Positions 30,202 to 39,622 of a DNA stretch of 54,991 nucleotides are shown piece by piece; within the stretch, counting starts at the first letter, position 1; each line of letters begins with the position of its first letter. The DNA comes from Candidatus Omnitrophota bacterium (GTDB lineage: Bacteria; Omnitrophota; Gorgyraeia; Gygaellales; JAHJCI01): contig JBDRMR010000034.1 of assembly GCA_043812035.1 (NCBI GenBank), positions 1 through 54,991 on the forward strand, written 5' to 3'. The notes under the pieces were generated by a model. That model was not told where the DNA came from. It worked only from the letters and a program-made list of their open reading frames with translations, and searched no databases. The translations under genes were made by a program, and so were the position numbers.

Positions 30202-30617
30202 TGGTGTTAATGCCCAGGCGCGTAAAATACAGGAAATCGCAGAGAGGAAAAAGAAAGGGCGTAGCTACCCGGGGGTTACAGCTGAATTTCGGGGAGTTCG
30301 GGCTCAAGTCCCTGGAAAACGGCTGGGTAACCAACACTCAGCTTGAGGCCGTGCGCGTGATGTTAGCCCGCCAGCTGCGGGGTGGCGGAAAGCTCTGGAT
30401 AAGGATATTTCCCGACAAGTCCGTTACGAAAAAACCGGCGGAAGTCCGAATGGGCAAAGGCAAGGGCGAGCTGGACCATTGGGTCTGCGTGGTAAGAAGA
30501 GGGAAGGTCCTGCTTGAGTTAAGCGGCATCCCCGAGGAGTTTGCCAGGCACTGCTTCAGGCTGGCCGCTTATAAGTTGCCTCTAAAAACGAAGTTTATAA
30601 CCCGGCACAGGGTTTAG
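30201..30617 (+). CDS. rplP: 50S ribosomal protein L16
   Basis: MPRRVKYRK, WIRIFPDK and RMGKGKG. Confidence 0.98.
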   Translation: MVLMPRRVKYRKSQRGKRKGVATRGLQLNFGEFGLKSLENGWVTNTQLEAVRVMLARQLRGGGKLWIRIFPDKSVTKKPAEVRMGKGKGELDHWVCVVRRGKVLLELSGIPEEFARHCFRLAAYKLPLKTKFITRHRV

Positions 30618-30630
30618 GGTTACCGGAAAG

Positions 30631-30831
30631 ATGACCAAAGTCAAAGATTTGCGCAATTTAACCGACGAAGAATTAAAAGGTAAAGAGAATTCGCTTTTTC
30701 AGGAATTGTTCAAACTTAATCAGCAGCGCTATTCCGGACGAGTGGAAAAGCCGCATTTATTCAAGCGGGTAAGGAAGGATATCGCGCGGATTAAAACAAT
30801 CTTAAACCAGAGGGCGGGAAAGAACAAATGA
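30631..30831 (+). CDS. rpmC: 50S ribosomal protein L29
   Basis: DLRNLTDEEL and RKDIARIKT. Confidence 0.95.
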   Translation: MTKVKDLRNLTDEELKGKENSLFQELFKLNQQRYSGRVEKPHLFKRVRKDIARIKTILNQRAGKNK

Positions 30832-31079
30832 TTGAACAGGCGGCCAAAAGAAAAACCCGGACAGGCTGGGTAACGAGCGACAAAATGCAGAAAACGGTAA
30901 TCGTGAAGGTTATGCGCCTAACCAAACATCCCCGTTATAAAAAGATTATTAAAAAATACAATAAATTTAAGGTGCACGACGAGCACAACAAGGCTAAAGT
31001 AGGCAACTTTGTAAAAATAGAGGAAACGCGGCCGCTCTCCAAAGAGAAGCGCTGGCGCCTGCTGGAGATACTAAAATGA
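30828..31079 (+). CDS. rpsQ: 30S ribosomal protein S17
   Basis: SDKMQKT, HPRYKK and [11 protein letters not shown]. Confidence 0.97.
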   Translation: MIEQAAKRKTRTGWVTSDKMQKTVIVKVMRLTKHPRYKKIIKKYNKFKVHDEHNKAKVGNFVKIEETRPLSKEKRWRLLEILK

Positions 31080-31444
31080 TTCAGTTGCGTTCCATCCTTG
31101 ACGTAGCCGATAATACCGGAGCCAAACGCGCGTCCTTTATCGGCGTCTTAGGCAGGAAAGGGACTTTCTTCGGCGAGATAGGCGATATTATAAGAGTTAA
31201 CGTCAAAGAATCTTCCGGCGACGCAGTGGTAAAAAAAGGAGAGGTGGCAAAAGCGGTGGTAGTCAGGACCAAACAACCCATAATCAGAGAAGACGGCTCA
31301 ATATTAAGATTTGACCATAACGCCATCGTATTTATTGACGACCAGCTAAATCCGCGCGGGACCCGCGTGTTTGGGCCGGTGGCCCGCGAGCTGCGCGACA
31401 AACAATTTACCAAAATTATTTCGTTGGCGCCCGAGGTCTTATAA
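31076..31444 (+). CDS. rplN: 50S ribosomal protein L14
   Basis: [21 protein letters not shown] and [10 protein letters not shown]. Confidence 0.98.
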   Translation: MIQLRSILDVADNTGAKRASFIGVLGRKGTFFGEIGDIIRVNVKESSGDAVVKKGEVAKAVVVRTKQPIIREDGSILRFDHNAIVFIDDQLNPRGTRVFGPVARELRDKQFTKIISLAPEVL

Positions 31445-31453
31445 ATTTTAGAA

Positions 31454-31765
31454 ATGTATAAAATCAAGCGAAACGATACGGTAGAGGTGATTGCCGGTAA
31501 GGATAAAGGCAAGAGAGGCAAGGTCCTGCGGATGTTTCCTAAAACAGACCGCGCGATTGTCGAGGGTATAAATTTAGTAAAAAAGCACCAGCGCAGGAAA
31601 CAGCAGGAACAGCAGACGGGAATAGTGCAAATCCCTTTATCCGTGCATATTTCCAGCCTTATATTAATTTGTAAGAATTGCAACCGCAAAACCCGCGCCG
31701 GATTCTCCGTCCAGCCGGACGGAACGAGATTGCGTGTATGCAAGAAGTGTAAGGAGCCTATATAA
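31454..31765 (+). CDS. rplX: 50S ribosomal protein L24
   Basis: KOW motif VIAGKDKGKRG and VEGIN. Confidence 0.97.
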   Translation: MYKIKRNDTVEVIAGKDKGKRGKVLRMFPKTDRAIVEGINLVKKHQRRKQQEQQTGIVQIPLSVHISSLILICKNCNRKTRAGFSVQPDGTRLRVCKKCKEPI

Positions 31766-31774
31766 AAGATTACG

Positions 31775-32338
31775 ATGGTACCCCGTTTACGCGAAAGATA
31801 CAAAAACGAAATCGCGCCCCGGATACAGGAGCAATTCGGCATTAAAAATAAAAATGCCGTGCCGCGCCTGGAAAAGATAGTGATAAACATGGGCGTAGGG
31901 GAAGCGTTAAGCGATATTAAAATTTTGGACAGGTGTATGGAGGAGCTTGCCCTGCTCAGCGGCCAGAGGCCGATTATCCGGCGTTCTAAAAAGGCAATTT
32001 CCAATTTTAAGCTGAGGGTCGGACAGCCTGTAGGATGCAAAGTTACTTTGAGAAGAGACCGGATGTACGAATTTTTAGACCGGCTGATTAACGTTGCCCT
32101 GCCGCGCATCCGCGACTTCAGGGGATTGTCCACCGGCTCTTTCGATAAGAACTATAATTATTCTTTCGGTATTTCAGAACAGATAATTTTCCCCGAAATA
32201 GATTACGATAAGTTAGTGCAGACTCAGGGAATGGATATAAATTTTGTTATCGGGAACGCTAAATCAAAAGAAGAGGCTGTGCAGCTCTTGAAATTATTCG
32301 GCATGCCTTTTCAAGTGAGGCCAGAACTTAACCCTTGA
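31775..32338 (+). CDS. rplE: 50S ribosomal protein L5
   Basis: KIVINMGVG, FKLRVG, VTLR, LPRIRDFRG and FPEIDYD. Confidence 0.98.
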   Translation: MVPRLRERYKNEIAPRIQEQFGIKNKNAVPRLEKIVINMGVGEALSDIKILDRCMEELALLSGQRPIIRRSKKAISNFKLRVGQPVGCKVTLRRDRMYEFLDRLINVALPRIRDFRGLSTGSFDKNYNYSFGISEQIIFPEIDYDKLVQTQGMDINFVIGNAKSKEEAVQLLKLFGMPFQVRPELNP

Positions 32339-32357
32339 CATCTTCGATGTCAAGGGT
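32331..32357. repeat. Perfect 12-bp-stem palindrome, copy 2 (contains the rplE stop)
   Basis: ACCCTTGACATC-TTC-GATGTCAAGGGT: same stem as 27992-28018, different loop. Confidence 0.85.
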
Positions 32358-32363
32358 AAATTC

Positions 32364-32408
32364 GCGCTTATAACTTACGTCGCACTTCGCGCTCCGTAAG
32401 TTATGCGC
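32364..32408. repeat. Second hairpin in the rplE-rpsN spacer
   Basis: GCGC-TT-ATAACTTACG ... CGTAAGTTAT-GCGC inverted repeat. Confidence 0.6.
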
Positions 32409-32417
32409 TCATTTAAT

Positions 32418-32603
32418 ATGGCTAAAAAATCACAGATTGAAAGGTGGAAACGGACTCCCAAATTTTCTTCCAGGAAATATAACCGCTGCTCGATTTGCGG
32501 AAGGTCGGGGGGATATTTAAGAAGGTTTAAAGTCTGCCGTATATGTTTTAGAGAATTATCCTGGCAGGGTTTAATCCCGGGAATAAAAAAAGCAAGCTGG
32601 TGA
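32418..32603 (+). CDS. rpsN: 30S ribosomal protein S14, Zn-binding (type Z); start revised to 32418
   Basis: MAKKS...RCSICGR...CRICFRE...IPGIKKASW, 61 aa. Confidence 0.96.
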   Translation: MAKKSQIERWKRTPKFSSRKYNRCSICGRSGGYLRRFKVCRICFRELSWQGLIPGIKKASW

Positions 32604-32678
32604 CCCTTGCAAGCCCCCTTAGATATTAAAAAATGAATTTAATAACGCTGCGGGATAAGAGAGAAGGAGCGGGATAAA

Positions 32679-33074
32679 ATGGGGAGAACAGATTTAGTAG
32701 CAGACGTATTCACTATAATCCGCAACGCCGCCCGTGTAAGAAAAGAGTTCGCCGAGGTGCCTGCTTCTTCCATGGTCCAATCTATCGCCCAGATTCTTAA
32801 AAGAGAAGGCTACATCGAGAACTACAAATTTATGGAGGACAAAAAACAGGGTATTTTGAGAATTTACCTGAAATATACCGGCAACAAATCCGCGATAAAA
32901 AACCTGAAGCGGGTATCAAGGCCGGGGTTGCGCATTTACGCGAAGAAACACGAAATCCCCTCGGTTTTGCGGGGCAGAGGAGTAGCGTTTATTTCCACCT
33001 CTCAGGGTATTCTTGCCGATAAAGAAGCTCGCGAAAAGAAAGTCGGCGGAGAGGTAATCGGATCCGTCTGGTAA
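32679..33074 (+). CDS. rpsH: 30S ribosomal protein S8
   Basis: IRNA, ILKREGYI, RVSRPGLRIY, STSQG and GGEV. Confidence 0.97.
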   Translation: MGRTDLVADVFTIIRNAARVRKEFAEVPASSMVQSIAQILKREGYIENYKFMEDKKQGILRIYLKYTGNKSAIKNLKRVSRPGLRIYAKKHEIPSVLRGRGVAFISTSQGILADKEAREKKVGGEVIGSVW

Positions 33075-33096
33075 GATTTCGGGAAACGAGGAAGTT

Positions 33097-33639
33097 ATGT
33101 CGAGATTGGAAAAAAAAGCCGTAACCGTACCCAAAGACGTGAACGTTCAGTTAAGCGGAAATAATCTGGACGTCCAAGGCCCCAAGGGTAAGCTGTCCCG
33201 CCTATTCTCCGGAGAATTCTTGGACATAGAACTAAAAGACGGCCGGATTAAGCTGCTGGGCGATTTTAATAAGAAGGTAGTCAAGGCTCAAGCCGGGCTT
33301 ACCTTCGCGCTGATTAACAATATGATTAAGGGCGTCAGCGAGGGCTATTCAAAACAATTAGAAATTGTCGGGGTAGGCTACCGCGCGCAAGTGCAAGACA
33401 AGAACCTCAACTTACAGCTGAGGTTTTCCCACCCCGTAGTTTTCTCTATCCCCGAAGGCATAAAAATAGAAACGCCCAAGCCGACGCAAATCGTAATACA
33501 GGGAATTGATAAAGAGAAGGTCGGGGCTGTAGCCGCGCGGATAAGGGCGATTCTTCCGCCCGAGCCGTATAAAGGTAAAGGTATTCGCTACGCCGGCGAG
33601 TATGTGCGCAGGAAGCTCGGCAAGACAATAACCAAGTAA
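33097..33639 (+). CDS. rplF: 50S ribosomal protein L6
   Basis: GPKGKL, GVGYRA and PPEPYKGKGIRY. Confidence 0.97.
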   Translation: MSRLEKKAVTVPKDVNVQLSGNNLDVQGPKGKLSRLFSGEFLDIELKDGRIKLLGDFNKKVVKAQAGLTFALINNMIKGVSEGYSKQLEIVGVGYRAQVQDKNLNLQLRFSHPVVFSIPEGIKIETPKPTQIVIQGIDKEKVGAVAARIRAILPPEPYKGKGIRYAGEYVRRKLGKTITK

Positions 33640-33648
33640 GGCAGGTAA

Positions 33649-34011
33649 ATGCAAACAATAAAAGAAAAACGAAGAGCAGCGCGCCATGAGAGAATACGCA
33701 AGCGATTGAGGTCTATGCCCGGCCGCCCGCGCCTGTGCGTCCACCGGAGCCTGAAGAATCTTTACGTCCAGGTTGTGGACGACGCTGAAGCAAAAACCCT
33801 GTTTTCGATATCTACGCAGAGCAAGGAACTTAAGGCTCAGGTCGGCTACGGCGGCAATAAATCCGCTGCGGACTCGCTGGGAAATGCCGCCGCCCAGAAG
33901 CTCAAGCAGAAAGGGATTACTCAGGTTATTTTCGACCGGGGCGGCTATCCTTACCACGGCCGGATAAAAGCATTGGCAGAAAGCTTAAGAAAAGGAGGTA
34001 TAGTTTTTTAA
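33649..34011 (+). CDS. rplR: 50S ribosomal protein L18
   Basis: RPRLCVHRS and FDRGGYPYHGRIKALAE. Confidence 0.97.
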   Translation: MQTIKEKRRAARHERIRKRLRSMPGRPRLCVHRSLKNLYVQVVDDAEAKTLFSISTQSKELKAQVGYGGNKSAADSLGNAAAQKLKQKGITQVIFDRGGYPYHGRIKALAESLRKGGIVF

Positions 34012-34014
34012 GAT

Positions 34015-34470
34015 ATGGCCGAAATCATAGGTACCAGACAACAAGCGGAATACATTGAGAAGATTGTTTGCATAAACCGGGTATCAAAAGTCACCAAGGG
34101 AATGAAAAGGCTTTCCTTCTCGGCCCTGGTGGTAGTGGGAGATACGCAGGGAAACGTGGGCATTGCCTTGGGAAAAGCCAGAGAGGTAGCCGAGGCTATT
34201 CGCAAGGGGCTGAGTAAAGCCAGGAGAGACCTGATTAGCGTTCCCGTGTACGGCACGACTATCTCCCATAAGATAATAGGAAAGTTCGGGGCCGCGCAGG
34301 TTCTGCTGAAACCCGCCTCTGAAGGAACGGGAATAATCGCGGCCGGGCCGGTCAGGGCAATTTGCGAAGCGGCGGGGATTAAGGACATATTGACCAAATG
34401 CCTTAAATCCAACAACCCGATCAACGTGGTCAAGGCCACGATGCAGGGGTTGACAAACTTGAAACCATAA
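34015..34470 (+). CDS. rpsE: 30S ribosomal protein S5
   Basis: [26 protein letters not shown] and NPINVVKAT. Confidence 0.97.
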   Translation: MAEIIGTRQQAEYIEKIVCINRVSKVTKGMKRLSFSALVVVGDTQGNVGIALGKAREVAEAIRKGLSKARRDLISVPVYGTTISHKIIGKFGAAQVLLKPASEGTGIIAAGPVRAICEAAGIKDILTKCLKSNNPINVVKATMQGLTNLKP

Positions 34471-34485
34471 AATTAAAAGAAGAAG

Positions 34486-34929
34486 ATGGTAATCGGTTTG
34501 CACAATTTAAAGGCGCCCAGAGGCGCTCATAAGAGTAGGAAAATTTTAGGCCGGGGATCGAGCTCCGGGCACGGCAAGACATCCACCCGGGGAAGCAAAG
34601 GACAAACCTCGCGCACCGGGCACCATTATTATCGGGGGTTCGAAGGCGGCCAGATGCCTTTGATTAGGAAAATTCCCAAGCGCGGATTTAGCAGCCGCGA
34701 AAGAGAAGAATACCAGATAATCAATCTTAAAGACTTAAATAAAATTAAAGAGGATTCCGTTAATCCGGAAATTCTTAAAAAATATAATTTAATAAAAGAC
34801 AAAGAAAGACCCGTTAAAATCCTTGCCGGCGGCTCTCTCGACAGGCCGTTAAAGGTCGAGGCGTCCGCTTTTTCAAAGAGCGCAAAGAGTAAAATCGAGC
34901 AGACCGGAGGAACATGCTCTCTGCTTTAG
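34486..34929 (+). CDS. rplO: 50S ribosomal protein L15
   Basis: [11 protein letters not shown] and [18 protein letters not shown]. Confidence 0.97.
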   Translation: MVIGLHNLKAPRGAHKSRKILGRGSSSGHGKTSTRGSKGQTSRTGHHYYRGFEGGQMPLIRKIPKRGFSSREREEYQIINLKDLNKIKEDSVNPEILKKYNLIKDKERPVKILAGGSLDRPLKVEASAFSKSAKSKIEQTGGTCSLL

Positions 34930-36245
34930 TAAATACATTCAAGATACCCGACTTAAAAAAGCGCGTTTTCATAACGGGGGCGCTGCTCATTGTTTACCGG
35001 CTCGGGTGCTTTGTGTCAACGCCGGGAATTAACGGCTCCGCCTTATCGCAGTTCTTCCAGCGGATAGGCCAGACCGCCGGCGGCAATTTGCTGGGAATCG
35101 TTAATATGTTTTCCGGCGGCGCGCTCGGCAGGTTAACCATATTCGCTTTAGGGATAATGCCCTATATATCCAGCTCGATTATAATGCAGCTGCTGACCGC
35201 GGTAATACCCGCGCTGGAAAAGTTATCCAAAGAGGGGCGCGCAGGTTACGAGAAGATAAACCAATATACCCGCTTCGGCACAGTTGCGCTGGCAATTGTC
35301 CAGTCTTTTTTTATCGCTCTGTGGCTGGAAAACCCGGCGAGGTTTGAGGGACTGATGATTGTCTCCAATCCCGGCTGGCCGTTCCGCATCCTCACCGTAA
35401 TAACCTTGACCGCCGGAACGATTTTTATAATGTGGCTGGGCGAGCAAATTCAGGAAAGAGGCATCGGCAACGGGATATCCTTGATTATTACCATAGGTAT
35501 TATTTCCCGCGCTCCCGCAGCCGGCTATCAGACGTTTTCGTCTCTCAGATTGAATCAGATTCAGCCGTTCACCGTGCTGATTATGGCGGTATTTTTTATC
35601 GGGGTGGTAGTTGCGGTTACTTTCATTACTCAGGGGCAGCGCAAGATTCCCATTCAATACGCCAGGCGGATTGTGGGCAGGAAAATCTACGGAGGCCAGA
35701 GCACCTATATCCCGCTCAAGGTCGATACGGCCGGGGTAATCGCAATTATCTTCGCTCAATCCGTAATTCTTTTTCCGGCAACCCTCGCTTCCTTTGTCCC
35801 GAATCCGAGTTTCCAGCGCTTTGCCCAGATGCTGGGAAGAGGGCACATATTATATACAATGCTCTACTCCGTTTTGATAATTTTCTTTTGTTATTTTTAT
35901 ACCGCAATAGTTTTTAACCCGGTGGACATAGCGCAGAATCTGAAGAAGTACGGCGGGTTTATACCCGGAGTAAGGCCCGGCGCCCCTACTACGGAGCATC
36001 TGGAATACGTTATGACGCGAATAACGCTGGCGGGAGCGCTGTTTATCGCATTTATCGCTATTTTTCCGGATTTTATTATGGCCTGGTTAAAAGTGCCTTA
36101 TCTGGTCGCTTAATTTTTAGGCGGCACGGCTAAATTAATCGTGGTCGGCGTAATGCTGGATACAATAAAACAGATAGAATAGCACCTTATGATGCACCAT
36201 TACGAAGGATTTATGAGGGCCGGCAGAATCCGGGGCAGGAGATAG
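34914..36245 (+). CDS. secY: Preprotein translocase SecY; full length runs to 36245 but has two in-frame stops as assembled
   Basis: [27 protein letters not shown] and FIPGVRPG. Past TAA 36111-36113 the same frame continues [32 protein letters not shown]...RGRR to TAG 36243-36245, one base before adk. Confidence 0.93.
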
Positions 36246-36246
36246 A

Positions 36247-36915
36247 ATGAGATTGATACTGCTGGGGGCGCCCGGCGCAGGCAAAGGCACGCAGGCAAAA
36301 GCGCTGGCAAAAGAACTTAATATACCTCATATATGCTCCGGAGACCTGCTAAGACAGGTAGTGAGGAACAGCACCGCATTAGGCAAACAGGCAAAGGGCT
36401 ATATGGAAAAAGGTGAGCTGGTTCCCGATACCCTGGTGGATAAATTAGTGTTTAACAGAATTAACCAGCCGGACGCGGAGACGGGGTTTGTGCTTGACGG
36501 TTATCCCCGCAACGTTCACCAGGCAGCCGGACTGGAAGAGAAGCTGGCCGGCGGCAAAGGCGAAATCGATACGGTCATAAACCTGGAGGCAAGCCAGGAA
36601 GTAATAATTCAACGCCTTTCGGGCAGGAGGATTTGTTCCGGTTGCCAGGCTAATTTTCACGTTAAAAACATGCCTCCGAAAAAAGAGGGGATTTGCGATT
36701 ACTGCGAAGGCTTGCTCTACCAGCGCCCCGACGATAAAGAGGAAACCATAAAAAACCGGCTCAGAGTATACAGGAAAGAGGCGGAGTCTTTAATCGATTT
36801 TTATAAAAAAAGAAGCAGGCTGCTTCAAATCCAGGCGGATGAAGAGGCGGACATAGTTCTCAAGAAAATACTGGACGAATTGAATGGTAACTTTAAAATC
36901 TCCGCAAGAGATTGA
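36247..36915 (+). CDS. adk: Adenylate kinase (Zn-binding LID)
   Basis: GAPGAGKGTQ, LDGYPR, CSGC..CDYC and QRPDD. Confidence 0.97.
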   Translation: MRLILLGAPGAGKGTQAKALAKELNIPHICSGDLLRQVVRNSTALGKQAKGYMEKGELVPDTLVDKLVFNRINQPDAETGFVLDGYPRNVHQAAGLEEKLAGGKGEIDTVINLEASQEVIIQRLSGRRICSGCQANFHVKNMPPKKEGICDYCEGLLYQRPDDKEETIKNRLRVYRKEAESLIDFYKKRSRLLQIQADEEADIVLKKILDELNGNFKISARD

Positions 36916-37627
36916 ATTGATGAGAGCGGCGGGCCGGATTTTAAAAAGAATTCTCGAGAATTTAAAAACCTGCGTGGCTCCTGGAGGAATCACCGGGGAG
37001 ATTGACGATTTAGCCGCCGAGCTCGTCGAAAAGGAAGGCGCGGCGCCCGCATTTAAGGGCTACAGGGGGTATCCTGCGAATATCTGTATTTCCGTAAACG
37101 AAGAGGTGGTCCACGGCATTCCGGTTCCCGGAAAAGAGTTAAAGCCCGGAGATATCGTCAGCCTTGATTTCGGGGTGTGCTATATGGGTTATTTCGCCGA
37201 CGCCGCAATTACTTTACCCGTAGGTAAAATCGATTCTTCCCGCAGGAAACTAATCCGGGTTACCAGAGAGGCGATGTGGCGGGCCATAAGGCAAGCCAGG
37301 CCCGGAAAATACCTGGGGGACGTTTCCTATGCTACGCAGAGGTATGTTGAGTCTCGCGGTTTTTCCGTCGTCAGGCAATTTGTAGGTCACGGCATCGGCC
37401 GCTGCCTTCAAGAGGAGCCGGAAATTCCCAATTTCGGAGAACCTCATCAGGGACTGCTTCTTGAGGAAGGAATGGTTTTAGCGATTGAGCCGATGGTGAA
37501 TATGGGTGGTTGGGAAGTTGAAATTCTGGATGATGGCTGGACGGTGGTTACCAAAGACAGGCTGCCTTCGGCTCACTTCGAGCATACCGTCGCAATCACC
37601 AGCAACGGACCGGAAGTGCTGACATGA
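36884..37627 (+). CDS. map: Methionine aminopeptidase type I
   Basis: [23 protein letters not shown] and SAHFEHT. Confidence 0.97.
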   Translation: MVTLKSPQEIELMRAAGRILKRILENLKTCVAPGGITGEIDDLAAELVEKEGAAPAFKGYRGYPANICISVNEEVVHGIPVPGKELKPGDIVSLDFGVCYMGYFADAAITLPVGKIDSSRRKLIRVTREAMWRAIRQARPGKYLGDVSYATQRYVESRGFSVVRQFVGHGIGRCLQEEPEIPNFGEPHQGLLLEEGMVLAIEPMVNMGGWEVEILDDGWTVVTKDRLPSAHFEHTVAITSNGPEVLT

Positions 37628-37839
37628 AAGAAGAATTGATAGAGACGGAGGGGACGGTAACCGAAGCCTTGCCCAATGCGATGTTCAAAGTTGAGCTTGA
37701 GAACGGACATAAAGTTTTGGCTCATGTTTCCGGCAAAATGAGGATGCATTTTATCCGCATACTTCCCGGCGACAAGGTAAAACTGCAACTGTCGCCTTAT
37801 GATTTAAGCCGGGGAAGGATTACGTATCGATTCAAATGA
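37624..37839 (+). CDS. infA: Translation initiation factor IF-1
   Basis: [19 protein letters not shown] and [10 protein letters not shown]. Confidence 0.98.
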   Translation: MKEELIETEGTVTEALPNAMFKVELENGHKVLAHVSGKMRMHFIRILPGDKVKLQLSPYDLSRGRITYRFK

Positions 37840-37949
37840 AAGTAAAAGCATCGGTAAAAAAGGTTTGCGATCGCTGCAAGATAGTCAGAAGAAAGGGCGT
37901 AGTGAGGGTAATCTGTTCAAACCCTAAACACAAACAGCGACAAGGATAA
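37836..37949 (+). CDS. rpmJ: 50S ribosomal protein L36 (missing from the ORF track)
   Basis: [37 protein letters not shown]. Confidence 0.97.
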   Translation: MKVKASVKKVCDRCKIVRRKGVVRVICSNPKHKQRQG

Positions 37950-37966
37950 AACGGAGTGATGAAAAG

Positions 37967-38356
37967 ATGCCGAGAATTTTAGGTGTAGATATCCCGAAAG
38001 AAAAAAGAATAGAGATAGCGCTGACTTACTTATACGGTGTCGGCATAACTCAGTCTAATAAAATTCTGAAAGAAGTCCAAATCGACCCGAATATCAGGGC
38101 GAAAGATTTAAACGAAGAGCAAATTTCGCGAATAACAATGGTCATACAAAAATCTAACTTAAAATTCGAGGGCGATTTGCGCCGCGAAGTTTCGCAAAAT
38201 ATAAGGCGCCTTATCGACATCGGCTCCTGGAGAGGCCTGCGCCATAAAAGAGGATTGCCCGTAAGAGGGCAGCGCACACGGACCAATGCCCGCACTCGCA
38301 AGGGTAAGCGCAAAGGCGGCATAGCCGTCATTAAAAAAGAAGTAGAAAAGAAATAA
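37967..38356 (+). CDS. rpsM: 30S ribosomal protein S13
   Basis: RILGVDIP and [18 protein letters not shown]. Confidence 0.98.
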   Translation: MPRILGVDIPKEKRIEIALTYLYGVGITQSNKILKEVQIDPNIRAKDLNEEQISRITMVIQKSNLKFEGDLRREVSQNIRRLIDIGSWRGLRHKRGLPVRGQRTRTNARTRKGKRKGGIAVIKKEVEKK

Positions 38357-38357
38357 T

Positions 38358-38426
38358 TGAGCCATCGGGGAGTTTTTCTTTATATTTCCGATGGCTCATC
38401 CTGAAGCCCGAAGGGCTGAAGGATCT
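38358..38426. repeat. Two adjoining hairpins in the rpsM-rpsK spacer
   Basis: TGAGCCATCGG..CCGATGGCTCA (38358-38398), followed by ATCCT-GA-AGCCC-GAA-GGGCT-GA-AGGAT. Confidence 0.65.
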
Positions 38427-38448
38427 CTTTAGAAGAAGGGGCATTTAA

Positions 38449-38838
38449 ATGGCTACAAAGGAAAAGACCAAGAAAAAGAAGCTCGCAAAAGGAGTCACTT
38501 CCGGCATAGTGCATATTAAAGCGACATTTAACAACACAATCATCAGCATCACCGACAAACAGGGTGATGTCCTGGCGTATTCTTCGGCCGGAATGGTCGG
38601 TTTTAGCGGCTCCAAGAAATCTACTCCTTTTGCCGCACAGATTGCCGCTACCGACGCCGCCAAAAAGGCAAAGGATGTCGGTATTAAAGAAGTGGAGGTC
38701 AGGGTAAAAGGGCCGGGTTCGGGCCGCGAATCGGCTATCCGGGCAATACAAGCAGCAGGGCTCAATGTAACATCCATCAGAGACGTTACGCCTATACCTC
38801 ACAACGGCTGTCGGGCTAAAAAGCAGAGAAGAGTCTAA
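38449..38838 (+). CDS. rpsK: 30S ribosomal protein S11
   Basis: [22 protein letters not shown] and [11 protein letters not shown]. Confidence 0.98.
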   Translation: MATKEKTKKKKLAKGVTSGIVHIKATFNNTIISITDKQGDVLAYSSAGMVGFSGSKKSTPFAAQIAATDAAKKAKDVGIKEVEVRVKGPGSGRESAIRAIQAAGLNVTSIRDVTPIPHNGCRAKKQRRV

Positions 38839-38857
38839 TAAAAAGAAAGTAGGTAAA

Positions 38858-39487
38858 ATGGCAAGATATATAGGACCGGTTTGCCGGCTTTGCCGCAGAG
38901 AGAAAGAAAAGTTGTTTTTAAAAGGCACCAAGTGCGATAGCGAGAAGTGTCCGGTAGCGCGGCGGGCCTACCCTCCCGGAGAGCACGGCCAGTCGCGTCG
39001 TATCAAGCTCTCAAACTATGGATTGCAGTTGCGCGAGAAACAGAAAGTAAAAAGGATATACGGGGTTCTGGAAAGGCAGTTTAGAAGATATTTTCACATT
39101 GCCTCCAAGTCCAAAGGCGTAACCGGCAAAATCCTCTTACAGTCGTTAGAAAGAAGGCTTGATAACGTAATATTCAGGTCGGGTCTCGGGCTCTCTCATG
39201 CTCAAGCCAGACAAATGGTGCGGCACAATTTTGTCTATGTAAATTCAAGGAGAGTAAATATACCCTCTTATTCGGTGAAAACGGGAGACGTAATTGACAT
39301 AAAAGGGCAGGAAAAAGCAACCGAATTCATAAAGGATAACGTGGATTTGACTAAAGACAGGACTAAACCCGCCTGGCTTCAAGTCGAACACGAAAAGCTG
39401 AAAATTAAAATTGCGCGCTTGCCCGAGCGAGAAGATGTCCAGCAGCCGATTAAGGAGCAATTAATCGTAGAATTGTATTCTAAATAA
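38858..39487 (+). CDS. rpsD: 30S ribosomal protein S4 (Zn-binding type)
   Basis: MARYIGPVCRLCRRE, QLREKQK, LERRLDN and IVELYSK. Confidence 0.98.
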   Translation: MARYIGPVCRLCRREKEKLFLKGTKCDSEKCPVARRAYPPGEHGQSRRIKLSNYGLQLREKQKVKRIYGVLERQFRRYFHIASKSKGVTGKILLQSLERRLDNVIFRSGLGLSHAQARQMVRHNFVYVNSRRVNIPSYSVKTGDVIDIKGQEKATEFIKDNVDLTKDRTKPAWLQVEHEKLKIKIARLPEREDVQQPIKEQLIVELYSK

Positions 39488-39555
39488 TAGCGTAGAGCGT
39501 ATAGCGTAGAGCGTATAGAAGATCCTAAACGCTATACGCTATCCGCTAAACGCTA
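39488..39555. repeat. Heptamer-based inverted repeat element, copy 2
   Basis: TAGCGTA GAGCGTA TAGCGTA GAGCGTA TAG, AAGATC, then CTAAACG CTATACG CTATCCG CTAAACG CTA. Confidence 0.9.
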
Positions 39556-39622
39556 AAACGATTTGATCCTGGCATATTATTTTGAACTCAGATTTCAATA
39601 TTAATTTTTTTAAGGAGGGAAA

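Noticed and set aside
31081-32133. 350-aa minus-strand ORF
   Set aside because: Antisense to rplN-rplX-rplE, with no motifs or RBS. The same applies to the other minus-strand ORFs in the track.
36111-36182. Stop-codon reassignment (TAA/TAG read as Ser) to explain secY
   Set aside because: TAA and TAG end many conserved genes here at their expected positions (e.g. rplL TAA, rpsL and dnaE TAG), no other gene has internal stops, and neighbouring sense codons are also altered.
36100-36245. Diversity-generating retroelement acting on secY
   Set aside because: No reverse transcriptase or second copy of the region is in the window, and DGRs change A to N in the target, the opposite of what is seen.
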